64,000 nucleotides of DNA from Chloroflexota bacterium (lineage in GTDB: Bacteria; Chloroflexota; UBA11872; VXOZ01): positions 2,816,001 through 2,880,000 of the forward strand of contig OY760183.1 of NCBI GenBank assembly GCA_963663275.1. The letters are read 5' to 3'. This document shows positions 8,502 to 18,790 of this stretch, piece by piece; within the stretch, counting starts at the first letter, position 1, and each line of letters starts with the position of its first letter. The translations under genes and the position numbers were made by a program. The notes under the pieces are model-generated. The model was not told the DNA's origin. It made no database searches and was given only the letters and a program-made list of their open reading frames with translations.

Positions 8502-10124
8502 TCACAAGTCTTCAGTTGTAATCTGAAGCGGCGGTTGGACGTCGATAGCGATGCGGAACCAGAGGCGCGGCATGCGTTCGTGCCATTCCGGGCCCATTTT
8601 CAAGGTATAGTCGCCCGCTCCCTCCAATGCGCTCAGGTACGTTTCCGCCTCCGCGCGCGTCGCGTTTGTCAACTCGCGCCGCACCTTGCCCAGGTCCCAC
8701 GTGGACACCAGATCTCCCTGCGCCGTGACCGTCAGCTTGAAGACTCCGTCGGCCATCTCGGCGACGTTCGGCGTTCCCAATTGCACGGAGTCCGCCACCA
8801 GGGTATATGCGTCCAGTTGGTTCTCCACGATTCTCTCCAGAATGAGCGGCGCGATTTCGGCGAGATGGGCATGCGCGTACGCTGTACCGCGCAATTTCAC
8901 TTTCATGCGCAGCGTAATCTGTTCGGCTTCCTCATCCACCTCTTTGTCGTAGGTCGCTTGCTCCACGATGACGTCTTCGTGCCACGGCATGAGGGCGTTT
9001 TCCTGAGGATCGATCGTCTCACCCAGCCTCTCGTAGAGCCGCTGCATCAACGTATGGCGCAGTTGGTCGTAGAGTTGCAGCCGGTCCTGCTCCGTCACAA
9101 ACGTGCTGGCGCGCAACCCGCCGCCGAGAATGGGTGTGTCGTTGCTCACCGCCAGACGTTGATTAAGGGACTGGTCCTCGATGTGGGTGATGGCGCCGGC
9201 ATCCACGTTCCCCTCGGGGCCGGCCTCCGTCGCCACGACCCCGACACGCTTCGCGCCAAACGTGCCGCTGGCGCCGGAGGTGGGCGGTATCGTCACGTCC
9301 GCCGACGTTTCGTAGCGTCGATTATCGTCGGTCAGCACCACCGTGCCTTTCGGCGCCATGACCGGTTGGGAAATGCGATTGCGAAAGACCACGGAGCCTT
9401 CCGCGCGTCCTACCGGCACGTCTCGCTTTCCGGTCGCGGCAACGGTCAACTCGTCCGTCTCTTCCAGTATCACCAACTGCGCCGGCATCTGGCCGGTAGC
9501 GGCGTTGAAGCGGCTCACCTGCGGATCGGCGATCAACTGCAACTCGGTCGTATACCGCTGCTGCACCGGCGTGAGTTCTATAGTGGCGCTGGGCAGTACC
9601 AGATAGAACACCCCCCACACGGCGAAGAGCGAGACGACGATGACGGTGGCCCACGCCAGCACCCGCGCCAGCGATCGCTCCAATGGGGGTGCGGTACCGC
9701 TTCTTCCCTCCGGCGAACGCCGCCGGGACCCTGTGCCGGAAGCGGCGCGGATCGTTCGCTCTGCGTCCCGCGCCGCACTCTTGCCGCCGCCGGAAGCCGG
9801 CGTCTCCGCCGCGGCCGCGCCTGGGTTGCGCTCCGCTTGGCCGGGCGCGTGCAGCGCGCCCAGAGACGTGACGACGCGAATGCCCAGGTCCGCCGCCATG
9901 GAGCGCACGGCGCGATCGCCGCACACCAGCGTAAAGTCAAGTTCCAGTTCCGCCGCCTGGGCCTGTAGGCGGCGCAGGTTGTCGCGGTTGTGCAGCGCCG
10001 GGCAGTTATTCGCAACCAACACGCCGGACGGCCCGCGCGCGCGCCGGAGTTTGTCGATGACGGCCGCCACGTCATCGCCGGAGTTGGCATAGATGACACG
10101 GCTGCTCGAATAGGAGCGTCCCAT
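8502..10124 (-). CDS. Single-pass membrane protein with baseplate-J-like extracytoplasmic region
   Basis: TM segment (AWATVIVVSLFAVWGVFYLVLP) followed by GSVVFRN...PKGT...YET...VVATEAGPEGNV...V-x-N...GG, typical of baseplate-J-like proteins; start probably ATG 10124. Confidence 0.7.
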   Translation of the reverse strand: MGRSYSSSRVIYANSGDDVAAVIDKLRRARGPSGVLVANNCPALHNRDNLRRLQAQAAELELDFTLVCGDRAVRSMAADLGIRVVTSLGALHAPGQAERNPGAAAAETPASGGGKSAARDAERTIRAASGTGSRRRSPEGRSGTAPPLERSLARVLAWATVIVVSLFAVWGVFYLVLPSATIELTPVQQRYTTELQLIADPQVSRFNAATGQMPAQLVILEETDELTVAATGKRDVPVGRAEGSVVFRNRISQPVMAPKGTVVLTDDNRRYETSADVTIPPTSGASGTFGAKRVGVVATEAGPEGNVDAGAITHIEDQSLNQRLAVSNDTPILGGGLRASTFVTEQDRLQLYDQLRHTLMQRLYERLGETIDPQENALMPWHEDVIVEQATYDKEVDEEAEQITLRMKVKLRGTAYAHAHLAEIAPLILERIVENQLDAYTLVADSVQLGTPNVAEMADGVFKLTVTAQGDLVSTWDLGKVRRELTNATRAEAETYLSALEGAGDYTLKMGPEWHERMPRLWFRIAIDVQPPLQITTEDL

Positions 10125-10307
10125 AGCGTAATGACAACCGATACGAGGAAGAGAGAGAGGCGAACTGCGAGGAATCGTGTCCAATCGCTTACACATATAG
10201 TATACCTGATTTGCGGCCAAGATGTGGAGCGCCGCAAAAGTGTGGACGGCCGCCAATGCGCAAGCATCGGAGCCGTTGCGGGCCCTCATGGGCGGCGCGC
10301 ATTTGTG

Positions 10308-10336
10308 TTGACGATATTCACGCCGCTCGGTATACT
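10308..10336 (+). promoter_or_regulatory. Sigma70-type promoter for SBP1
   Basis: TTGACG-17 bp-TATACT, followed by GGAGGAGG RBS. Confidence 0.7.
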
Positions 10337-10400
10337 CTAGCCGTAACATTCCGAGAGTCTAGCACTGGGGCCCTGGCCCCAAAATGGAGGAGGTTCCATA

Positions 10401-11813
10401 GTGGAATCATTGCTTAATCAAAAAGGGCTGAGCAGACGGCGCGTGCTGGCCGGTATGGGCCTCAGCGCCGGCGCTTTGCTGGCCGCGGCCTGCGGCGGCG
10501 CGACCGGCGCGGCCGAGGAAGAGCAAGAAGCGCCTGCGGAAGAGGAAGCCCCCAAGGCCGCAGAGGAAGCGCCCAAGGCCGAGGAAGCCCCGCCTGTGCA
10601 GTTTCTGCACTGGTGGATTTCCCGCATCGACCCGGGCGGACTGGTACCGTGGGCGTTGGAAGAGTTCACGAGCCGCACCGGCATTCCGGTGGAGGACGTG
10701 GGCAGGGACCCGATCGAGCCGCTGCGCCAGCACTTCCGCACCACCATCGCCGCCGGCACGCCGGTGGACGTGGCTTTCAACTCCATCATCTGGGCGCGCG
10801 ACCACTGGGACCTGGGCCTCTTGATGGACTACGAGCCCTATCTGACCCAGTACCCGCATATCCAGGACGACCAGTATTTCGAGGCTTCGCACCAGTTCCG
10901 CAAGGCTGAAGGCGCGACCTTTGGTATACCGGTGATGGGTCCGGAGTCGCAGTCGATCGTCGTCAACGGCCAGTTGCTCATCGACATCGGCCTCGATGAG
11001 AACGGCGGGGACATCAACAACTGGGACGACCTGGTGGCCGCCGCCCGCGCCATGACCAAGAGGGAAGGCGAGAACATCTCCGTCTCCGGCTTCCTCTTGC
11101 CGGACAACGTCGCGTTGGCGCGCTGGGCCGCCTGGGTGCTGACGACGGGTAACGGGGCCTACGACGCGGAGCAATTCACGGCGCAGTACGATTCAGAAGA
11201 GGCCATCGATACGATGCAGTTCCTCTTCAATCTCTGGAACAGAGAGGAAGTCAGCGCCAAGTCGCCGGACGGCGGCACGCTCACCGATCCCCGGCATCAT
11301 GAACTGCTGCAGGCCAATCAGGCCGGCATGCACTACGACATCAGCTCGACCCCGACGCTGCGCTACTTCGAGGTGCCCCGCGACTTCAAGTATTGGCAGA
11401 TTGGCTACCCGGGTCCTGCCGACGGCGGCCAGTTTGCCACGGCCTCCTGGATGAACCCGGTGGTTACGCCGCTGGGCGCGGGTAACCCGGACGGCGCGGT
11501 TGAGTTCATCAACTGGTTCTGCGGCCTTGAAGTGGCCTTGCACAAGATCGAGGTCAATAAGGCGGTCTCCCCGCGCCTCGATCTCTTTGCCCATGAAGCG
11601 TGGACCGCTGGCGTTGCCGATCTTCCCGTGCTCCAGACGCGCGAGGACTTGGCCAAACTGCCGGGCGTGTACCCCTACCGCCGCTTCCTGAAGCAGAACG
11701 CCGAGGTGCGGCCGATTCTCAACGATGCCTACCAGGGCAAGATTGAAATCGCATCGGCCCTCTCACAGGCCAATGAACTCGCCAACCAGATCCTCAACGA
11801 GCCGGCGGAGTAG
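10401..11813 (+). CDS. ABC solute-binding protein (family 1), Tat lipoprotein; paralogue 1
   Basis: SRRRVL twin-arginine, LLAAAC lipobox, Glu/Ala linker, AAGTPVD, SBP-like body. Confidence 0.88.
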   Translation: MESLLNQKGLSRRRVLAGMGLSAGALLAAACGGATGAAEEEQEAPAEEEAPKAAEEAPKAEEAPPVQFLHWWISRIDPGGLVPWALEEFTSRTGIPVEDVGRDPIEPLRQHFRTTIAAGTPVDVAFNSIIWARDHWDLGLLMDYEPYLTQYPHIQDDQYFEASHQFRKAEGATFGIPVMGPESQSIVVNGQLLIDIGLDENGGDINNWDDLVAAARAMTKREGENISVSGFLLPDNVALARWAAWVLTTGNGAYDAEQFTAQYDSEEAIDTMQFLFNLWNREEVSAKSPDGGTLTDPRHHELLQANQAGMHYDISSTPTLRYFEVPRDFKYWQIGYPGPADGGQFATASWMNPVVTPLGAGNPDGAVEFINWFCGLEVALHKIEVNKAVSPRLDLFAHEAWTAGVADLPVLQTREDLAKLPGVYPYRRFLKQNAEVRPILNDAYQGKIEIASALSQANELANQILNEPAE

Positions 11814-11849
11814 GCCCTGCCTACACTGCCAGCCCATTGGCGAAGATGG

Positions 11850-11885
11850 AAGGAGGCGCACACGTGTGCGCCTCCTTTTCTATTT
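11850..11885 (+). terminator. Intrinsic terminator
   Basis: Perfect palindrome AAGGAGGCGCACACGTGTGCGCCTCCTT followed by TTCTATTT. Confidence 0.8.
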
Positions 11886-11976
11886 CGGCGTGAGTGTGCG
11901 CAATCGCTGAATGCCGAGGTGTTGGGACGCATTCTGCGCGGGCAGCGCCTTACGTAAGCGCACTCTGGCGCAATTC

Positions 11977-12005
11977 TTGACAGTTATCCTGCGCCAAGCT
12001 AGAGT
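11977..12005 (+). promoter_or_regulatory. Sigma70-type promoter for SBP2
   Basis: TTGACA-17 bp-TAGAGT. Confidence 0.6.
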
Positions 12006-12061
12006 TTCAATTGTGTGACAAGAGTCCGTATGTGCCACAGAGCCATATAGGGAGGGCTGCC

Positions 12062-13471
12062 ATGGATGCTTTGGACGAACGCAAGGGCCTCAGCAGGCGA
12101 AGCCTGCTCGCGGGAATAGGGCTTGGCGCCGCCGGCGCTTTGCTGGCCGCGGCCTGCGGCGGCGCGGCCGCGCCGGCCGTGGAAGAAGAGGCGGCGGAAG
12201 CGGAGGCGCCCAAGGCCGAGGAGGAGATGAAGCAGGCCGAGGAAGCCACGCCGGTACAGTTCCTGCATTGGTGGATTCCCCGCATCGACCAGAATGGCTT
12301 TACGCCCTGGGCCTTGGAAGAGTTCACCAACCGCACCGGCATTCCGGTGGAGGACGTGGGCCGGGACCCGATCGAGCCGGTACGCCAGCACTTCCGCACG
12401 ACGATTGCGGCCGGTACGCCGGTGGACGTGTCCTTCAATTCCATCATCTGGGCACGCGACCACTGGGACCTGGGCATCTTGATGGATTACTCGCCGTACC
12501 TGACGCAGTACCCGGAACTGCAAGACGACAAGTTCTTCGAGGCTTCGCACCAGTTCCGCCAGGCGGAAGGCGCGACGTTCGGCATCCCTGTGATGGGGCC
12601 GGAGTCGACGTCGATCGTCGTCAACGGCCAGTTGCTGATCGACGCCGGTCTTGACGAGAATGGCGGGGACATCAACAACTGGAGCGAGTTGGTCGCTGCT
12701 GCCCGCGCCATGACCAAGAAGGAAGGCAATGACATCGCCGTCTCCGGCTTCTTGCTGCGTCCCGGTGTCGGCGGCTTGGCGCGCTGGGCGGGCTGGGTGC
12801 TGACGACGGGCACTGGCGCCTACGACGCTGAGCAGTTCAAGGCGCAGTACAACACTGAGCAGGCGCGGGATACGCTGCAATTCCTCTTCGACCTCTGGAA
12901 TAAAGAGGAAATCAGCGCCAAGGATCCCGAAGGCGGCGCCGTGCCCGACCACTACAAGTTGCTGCAAGCCAATCAGGCTGGCATGCACCACGACATTAGC
13001 AGCACACCGACACTGCGCTACTTCACCGTGCCGCGCGATTTCAAGTATTGGCAGATCGGTTTCCCGGCCCATGATGGCCCGGACGGCCAGTTTGCCACCT
13101 CGTCGTGGATGAACCCGGTGGTAACACCGCTCGGCGCGGGCAACCCGGACGGCGCGGTTGAGTTCATCAACTGGTTCTGCGGGCTTGAGGTAGCAATTGT
13201 CAGGCTCGAGCTCATCAAGACGGTCGCGCCGCGGCACGACTTCTTTGCCGATCCGGCCTGGACCAAGGGGTACTCCGACCAGCCGGTGCTCAAGACGATC
13301 GAAGACCTGGCCAATCTGCCGGGCGTCTACCCCTACCGCCGCTTCCTGAAGCAGAATGCCGAAATCCGGCCGATGCTCGACGATGCGGCCATGGGTAAGA
13401 CCGACATCGCCACCGCGCTGGCTCAAGCCGACGAGCGCGCCAACCAGATCCTGAACGAGGATGCAGAGTAG
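12062..13471 (+). CDS. ABC solute-binding protein, Tat lipoprotein; paralogue 2
   Basis: SRRSLL...LLAAAC; long identical stretches with 10401..11813; ATG 12062 behind GGGAGG. Confidence 0.88.
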   Translation: MDALDERKGLSRRSLLAGIGLGAAGALLAAACGGAAAPAVEEEAAEAEAPKAEEEMKQAEEATPVQFLHWWIPRIDQNGFTPWALEEFTNRTGIPVEDVGRDPIEPVRQHFRTTIAAGTPVDVSFNSIIWARDHWDLGILMDYSPYLTQYPELQDDKFFEASHQFRQAEGATFGIPVMGPESTSIVVNGQLLIDAGLDENGGDINNWSELVAAARAMTKKEGNDIAVSGFLLRPGVGGLARWAGWVLTTGTGAYDAEQFKAQYNTEQARDTLQFLFDLWNKEEISAKDPEGGAVPDHYKLLQANQAGMHHDISSTPTLRYFTVPRDFKYWQIGFPAHDGPDGQFATSSWMNPVVTPLGAGNPDGAVEFINWFCGLEVAIVRLELIKTVAPRHDFFADPAWTKGYSDQPVLKTIEDLANLPGVYPYRRFLKQNAEIRPMLDDAAMGKTDIATALAQADERANQILNEDAE

Positions 13472-13512
13472 GCTTCAACTGCACAGGTTGGACAATTGCT
13501 GAAGAAGCGAGG

Positions 13513-13548
13513 AAGGAGGCGCACAATTGTGCGCCTCCTTTGCGTTTT
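13513..13548 (+). terminator. Intrinsic terminator, near-copy of 11850
   Basis: Palindrome AAGGAGGCGCACAATTGTGCGCCTCCTT followed by TGCGTTTT. Confidence 0.78.
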
Positions 13549-13711
13549 CCTGGCTGAGCGAAGGGTCAAGCCAAGCCTTGCCTTTGGCCCTTGAACAGAG
13601 ACGATTACCCTTTGAAGAGTGTGGATGGAAGCGCACGACAGAAGAAAGAGTACGCAAAGGCGAGCGCCCGCCGGACGGATGGGAGCCCCAGTCAGACGGA
13701 TGAATCATGCA

Positions 13712-13770
13712 GGAGAGGCAGTATCCGTTCGTCCTGAGCCTGTCGAAGGATGAACGGATACTGCCTCTCC
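13712..13770. repeat. REP-like long hairpin
   Basis: Perfect 19-bp arms GGAGAGGCAGTATCCGTTC / GAACGGATACTGCCTCTCC around a CTGAGCCTGTCGAAG core. Confidence 0.85.
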
Positions 13771-13902
13771 GGAGCAGCAAGACTCTCAACATCTCACACT
13801 AGCCAAGTTACCCTGGATTCCCCTTCGCTCCGCTCATCGGAGTGAAACGTGACCGCTTGCGCCTCTATTGGTTGTTGGACAGCGATTACTCGACCGGGCG
13901 CA

Positions 13903-15141
13903 TCAAAGCCCCACCCATTCTCCGTCCCGCGTCACTAGGCGTCCGCTCCTCATCACCGCCCGCACGTCGGTCAACGCCTCGATGCGGTCGGCCACGTCGC
14001 CATCGAGCAGAACCAGGTCCGCCGCCTTGCCGGTCTCGATCATGCCAATCTCATCCTGCAGCCACATCCCTTCAGCCGCCCTGCCAGTGACGCGGAAGAT
14101 GACGTCCACCGGATCGAGTGCGAGCGTATGGCACGCCTGCACGAGCCGCTGCGGCCAGTTGGCGATGTTGCGGCCCATGTGATCGCTGGAAAAGTACGCC
14201 TTGCAGCCGCGCCGTTCCATGTCGCGGATGAGATCGAACCGATAGTTCACCGCGCCCGGGCCTTCCCAGCCGCTGACCGCGCCGTCCCGCTCGGCGATGG
14301 GCACCAGCGTGGCAAAGATGTTCAAGTCCACGAAGATTCCCTTTTCCCCCGCTTCCCGGGCAACCTCGGGCACGTATTCCACCGTTCCTTCCTCAGACCC
14401 CAGCCAGTTGCAGTGGGCGAGAGCGTCTACGCCGGCCCGCACCGAATTGACGATGCCCTCCGTGGGATTGACGTGGGCGACGACCCGCTTGCGCAGGCGG
14501 TGGGCGTCTTCCACGGCCACGCGCATCTCTTCCTCCGAATACTGGGCGCGATAGCGGTTCGAGGGCGGGTCCGACGCCCCGCCGGTGGCCATGATCTTGA
14601 TGAAGTCCACGCCGCGAAAGACGAGTTTGCGGATCGCGACCTTGATCTGGTCGGCGTTGTCGGCGAGTTCCTCGATACCGAGATAGTGGCCGTGACCCGC
14701 CGTCGTCGTGATGCTGGGACCGGCCGCCAGGATGCGCGGGCCTACCGTGATGCCCTGATTGATCGAATCGCGCACGAAGAGCAATGAATCGCCAATGCTG
14801 CCGCAATCGGCCAATGTTGTGATGCCCGCCGCCATCGCCTCGCGGGCGGCTTGCAGCGTGTAGAGCACAATCGCTTCGCGGGGCGCGTCGATGCCCGGAT
14901 ACGACGGGTCGGCGGCGTTCTCGATGGTGAGATGGGTGTGGCCGTCGATCAAGCCGGGGATGAGGGAAGCGCCCGCGCCGTCGATCTCATCCCAGTCCGA
15001 GCGATCGGGAAACGCGGTATCGAGTTCTTGCCGTGAACCCACAAAACTGATGCGCTCATCTTCGATGACCACACAGGCATTGCGTCGCGCCTCGTTGCCG
15101 GTGCCGTCGACCAATACGTCCGGGCAGATTAACGTCGGCAT
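13903..15141 (-). CDS. Metal-dependent amidohydrolase (Xaa-Pro dipeptidase-like)
   Basis: PGLIDGHTH, GVDFIKIMATGG and GKAADLVLLDG motifs; ATG 15141 behind GAGGAGG. Confidence 0.9.
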   Translation of the reverse strand: MPTLICPDVLVDGTGNEARRNACVVIEDERISFVGSRQELDTAFPDRSDWDEIDGAGASLIPGLIDGHTHLTIENAADPSYPGIDAPREAIVLYTLQAAREAMAAGITTLADCGSIGDSLLFVRDSINQGITVGPRILAAGPSITTTAGHGHYLGIEELADNADQIKVAIRKLVFRGVDFIKIMATGGASDPPSNRYRAQYSEEEMRVAVEDAHRLRKRVVAHVNPTEGIVNSVRAGVDALAHCNWLGSEEGTVEYVPEVAREAGEKGIFVDLNIFATLVPIAERDGAVSGWEGPGAVNYRFDLIRDMERRGCKAYFSSDHMGRNIANWPQRLVQACHTLALDPVDVIFRVTGRAAEGMWLQDEIGMIETGKAADLVLLDGDVADRIEALTDVRAVMRSGRLVTRDGEWVGL

Positions 15142-15406
15142 AGTGGTTCCTCCTCGATTGGGCTGGAATTCTACGCAGGCAATAACATCGCCCCAGGGGC
15201 GTCGCGCGTGCTTCCCGCAAGCAACGTGAAACTGCAAAACTTCCCCATCCGCAATGCGCGTGCGGCACCCCTCAACGCGCCGCGCACGGCGGATGCTCCT
15301 CTTAGTGTATGGTATCTCCAGGAAACGCACACTGAGTCCTGAGCAGTTCCTTGCCGCCGCGAGGCGGGCACAGGAGACTGAAAGAAGCGGAAAGGGTTGC
15401 TTTACA

Positions 15407-16546
15407 ATGTCCGGTACTCGTTTGACCGATCCCGAAACAGTCGGCATGGATTCCGCGCAACTCGAACGCGCCTACGCGCTCATCGCGGGCTGGACCGAGA
15501 GCGGCTTCATGCCGGCCGCGGTCCTGCGTGTGGCGCGTCACGGCCAGACCGTCGCCCAGCGCGCCTTTGGCCGCATTACGGTGGAGCCGGGCGGGCCGCC
15601 GGCGCAGCAAGACAGCATCTTCATCATCGCTTCCATTTCCAAGCCGGTCACCTATACGGCGCTGCTGCGGCTGGTGGACGAGGGTCTGGTCAGCCTCAGC
15701 GATCCGGTTACGCGGTTCATACCGGAGTTCGGCGGGCACGACACGGCGGCGCCGGACCGGGACGCGGTGCAAGTTCGCCATCTCTGCACACACACTTCCG
15801 GCCTGCCGGACATGGTGCCGAACAACGTGTTGCTGCGCCGCCAACACGCGCCGTTCGCGACGTTCATCGACCACATCTGCCGGGTACCGCTGCTCTTTGC
15901 GCCGGGCACGGACATCTCCTACCAGAGCGCGGGCACGGCGCTGGCGGCCGAGATCGTGCAGCGCGTGCGCGGCAAGCCGCTGCGCGAGACGCTGGCCGCG
16001 GAAGTCTTCGAACCATTGGGCATGGAGGACACGTCACTTGGCTGGATTCCTGAAAGAGAAGCGCGCATCGTGGAGGCCATGCGGCCGTCGCATCTTGGCG
16101 GCTCCGATTACGACCACAACAGCCTGTATTGGCGCGAATTCGGCGCGCCGTGGGGCGGCCTCTTTTCCACGGTCGGCGACATTGGCCGCTTCCTGGAGAT
16201 GTACCACCAAGGCGGCGCGCTGGACGGCGCACGCATTTTGAGCCCCGCACTGGCGGCCGCCATGCTCAGCGACCAGACCGACGCCATGCCCGGCATTCCC
16301 GCCGCCACGAAATTGCGGGAAGGCTGGGGGCTGGGCTTCCGGCTCTATCGCCGCGCCAACCCAGTGTACTTCGGCGATCTGCTGGAGTCCGGCTCGTTCG
16401 GCCACACCGGCTCCACCGGCACGTTCGCCTGGTGCGACCCCACCAAGGCGCTCACCGCCGTCTTCTTCTGCAACCAACTCCACGAGCGCGTCCAGCACAA
16501 CTTCCAGGTCTTGAGCAACACCATCGCCGCCGCCGTGCGGGATTAG
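15407..16546 (+). CDS. Serine hydrolase, beta-lactamase class C/AmpC-like family
   Basis: SxxK (ASISK), LCTHTSG, YQS and FGHTG motifs; no signal peptide. Confidence 0.88.
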   Translation: MSGTRLTDPETVGMDSAQLERAYALIAGWTESGFMPAAVLRVARHGQTVAQRAFGRITVEPGGPPAQQDSIFIIASISKPVTYTALLRLVDEGLVSLSDPVTRFIPEFGGHDTAAPDRDAVQVRHLCTHTSGLPDMVPNNVLLRRQHAPFATFIDHICRVPLLFAPGTDISYQSAGTALAAEIVQRVRGKPLRETLAAEVFEPLGMEDTSLGWIPEREARIVEAMRPSHLGGSDYDHNSLYWREFGAPWGGLFSTVGDIGRFLEMYHQGGALDGARILSPALAAAMLSDQTDAMPGIPAATKLREGWGLGFRLYRRANPVYFGDLLESGSFGHTGSTGTFAWCDPTKALTAVFFCNQLHERVQHNFQVLSNTIAAAVRD

Positions 16547-16831
16547 AGCAATAGAGTGTCACGTCAATCGTTTTGAACAACGGTTGGTAACGGGTACAAT
16601 ACCCAAGCATATGCGCGAAAGAACAGGTGAAGGCAAGATGCGTGTTCCTATCTCGGGCTCTTGAAAGGTGTCTCGACTTGCATCTCGTTTTGCGGCGTTG
16701 GAAAGACAGAATCATGTTGCACCGCCTGGCAGATGAACACGTCCGCGGCCTGCTTTGCGTAACGCAGGGACATTTCGCTCGCGCCCATTCCGCCCCATCT
16801 CCGAGCGTCGCCGCGCCCACAGGATAGTGCC

Positions 16832-18790
16832 GTGACCCACGACCACGACCATCACCACGACCATTCCTCCGGCGGGCTCCTTGCGGAGACCGGAACGCGC
16901 CTCACTCTCGCTTCCGGCGCGCTCCTGCTCGCCGGCATCATATCCAGTATTGTCGGCGCGCCGGCTCTCGCGCAGTCCGGTCTCTATCTTGCCGCCGTCC
17001 TGATTGGCGGCGTGCCAATCGCGCGGGCCGCCTGGGAGACGCTCAGCGAACACCGGCGGCTTTCCATAGATGCGCTCGTGGTTGTAGCCGTCATTGGCGC
17101 GGCTATCCTGGGACAGTGGTGGGAAGCGGCGGCGGTGGTGTTTCTCTTTTCTTTCAGCGAAATGCTGGAGGAATTCACCCTGGATCGCGCCCACAGCGCC
17201 ATCAAATCCCTGATGGAACTCTCCCCGGAAGAAGCCCGGGTCAAAGTCGATGGACGCGAAACAACCGTGCCCATCGAGAGTGTCGCGGTCGGCGCAATCG
17301 TGGCGGTGCGCCCCGGAGAGCGCATTCCCGTAGACGGCGACGTGGTTGTGGGCAGAACGACCGTTGACCAGTCGGCAATCACGGGCGAGAGCGCGCCGGT
17401 TGCCAAGACTCTTGGCGACAGCGTCTTTGCCGGCGCCATCAACCAGGAAGGGTACGTGGAAGTAGCCACGACCCGGCCGGCAGCCGAAAACGCCATCGCC
17501 CGCATCGTGCGCCTGGTGGAGGAAGCGCAGGAGAAGAAAGCCCCCACGGCGCAGTTCATCGACCGCTTTGCCGCCTACTATACGCCCGGCATTGTCGGGT
17601 TCGCCTTCCTGGTGGCCGTCGTGCCCTGGCTGGCGTTCGGCCAGCCCTTAGCGGAGTGGGTGTATCGCGGTCTCGTGCTGCTGCTCGTGGGCTGCCCCTG
17701 CGCTCTGGTCATATCCACGCCGATTTCCATCGTTGCCGCCATCGCCCGCTCGGCACGGGACGGCGTGCTTATGAAGAGCGGTACCGTGCTGGAACTCATC
17801 GGACAGGCCAAGGTCATGGCATTTGACAAGACCGGCACCCTCACGCGGGGACAGCCGGAAGTCACCGAAGTCATCCCCGCCGCGGGCTACAGTGAAGAGG
17901 ACTTAATCCAAATGGCCGACAGGCTGGAGCACCGCTCCGAGCATCAACTCGCCGCGGCCATTCTGCGGCGGGCGGGGCACGTCGATGCGGCAGAAGGCAG
18001 CGGCCACGTCCACACGGAGGAAGTCCTGAACTTCGAGGCCATCGCCGGCCGCGGCGTGCGCGCGCAAGTGGACGGCGCCGCGTACGTGTGCGGCAGTCCC
18101 GACTTTCTCCGGTCGCTCGGCTATGACACCGCGCCCTTTGAAGACACGGCTACCAGCCTGCGAGACTCAGGCAAGACCGCGCTGCTGGTAGCCGAAGAGT
18201 CGCGAGTTGCGGGGCTCATCGCCACTATGGATACGCTCCGGCCGGAAGCCGCGCCCACGCTGCGCGCGATTGAAGACATGGGCATCTCGCAATTGGTCAT
18301 GCTCACCGGCGATAGTGAACCGACGGCAGCGGCAATCGCGCGGCGCCTGCCCGTGAGTGACGTTTCCGCCGAGTTGCTGCCCTGGCAGAAGGTCGTAAGG
18401 GTCCAAGACCTGGTGAAAGCCCACGGCAACGTGCTCATGGTCGGCGACGGCGTGAACGACGCCCCCGCCCTGGCCAGCGCCACCGCCGGTATCACGCTGG
18501 GCGGCGCCGGCACGGACGTGGCGCTGGAAACCGCGGACGTGGTCTTGATGGGCGACGACCTCAGCAAGATTCCCGCCGCGCTGCGCCTCAGCCGCAAGAC
18601 CATGACGGTGATCAAGCAGAACGTCGCCTTCTCGCTCGGCATCAAGCTGCTCGTGCTGCTGCTCACCCTCTTCGGTCTGACCTATTTGTGGATGGCAATC
18701 CTGGCGGACGTGGGCGCGACGCTCGTGGTGGCGGCCAACGGCCTGCGCCTGCTGCGCACGCCCGACACAACGAAAGCGGAAGAGCCATGA
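16832..18790 (+). CDS. Heavy-metal-translocating P1B-type ATPase (CadA/ZntA-like)
   Basis: His-rich N-terminus; TGES, CPC, DKTGTLT, TGD and GDGVNDAP motifs. Confidence 0.95.
   Translation: MTHDHDHHHDHSSGGLLAETGTRLTLASGALLLAGIISSIVGAPALAQSGLYLAAVLIGGVPIARAAWETLSEHRRLSIDALVVVAVIGAAILGQWWEAAAVVFLFSFSEMLEEFTLDRAHSAIKSLMELSPEEARVKVDGRETTVPIESVAVGAIVAVRPGERIPVDGDVVVGRTTVDQSAITGESAPVAKTLGDSVFAGAINQEGYVEVATTRPAAENAIARIVRLVEEAQEKKAPTAQFIDRFAAYYTPGIVGFAFLVAVVPWLAFGQPLAEWVYRGLVLLLVGCPCALVISTPISIVAAIARSARDGVLMKSGTVLELIGQAKVMAFDKTGTLTRGQPEVTEVIPAAGYSEEDLIQMADRLEHRSEHQLAAAILRRAGHVDAAEGSGHVHTEEVLNFEAIAGRGVRAQVDGAAYVCGSPDFLRSLGYDTAPFEDTATSLRDSGKTALLVAEESRVAGLIATMDTLRPEAAPTLRAIEDMGISQLVMLTGDSEPTAAAIARRLPVSDVSAELLPWQKVVRVQDLVKAHGNVLMVGDGVNDAPALASATAGITLGGAGTDVALETADVVLMGDDLSKIPAALRLSRKTMTVIKQNVAFSLGIKLLVLLLTLFGLTYLWMAILADVGATLVVAANGLRLLRTPDTTKAEEP

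Noticed and set aside
8502-10124. Prophage or contractile injection system suggested by the baseplate-J-like gene
   Set aside because: No sheath, tube, capsid, terminase or integrase nearby; the protein has a TM anchor and housekeeping neighbours.
15407-16546. Beta-lactam resistance gene
   Set aside because: SxxK-family hydrolase without a signal peptide; most such proteins are esterases or peptidases.
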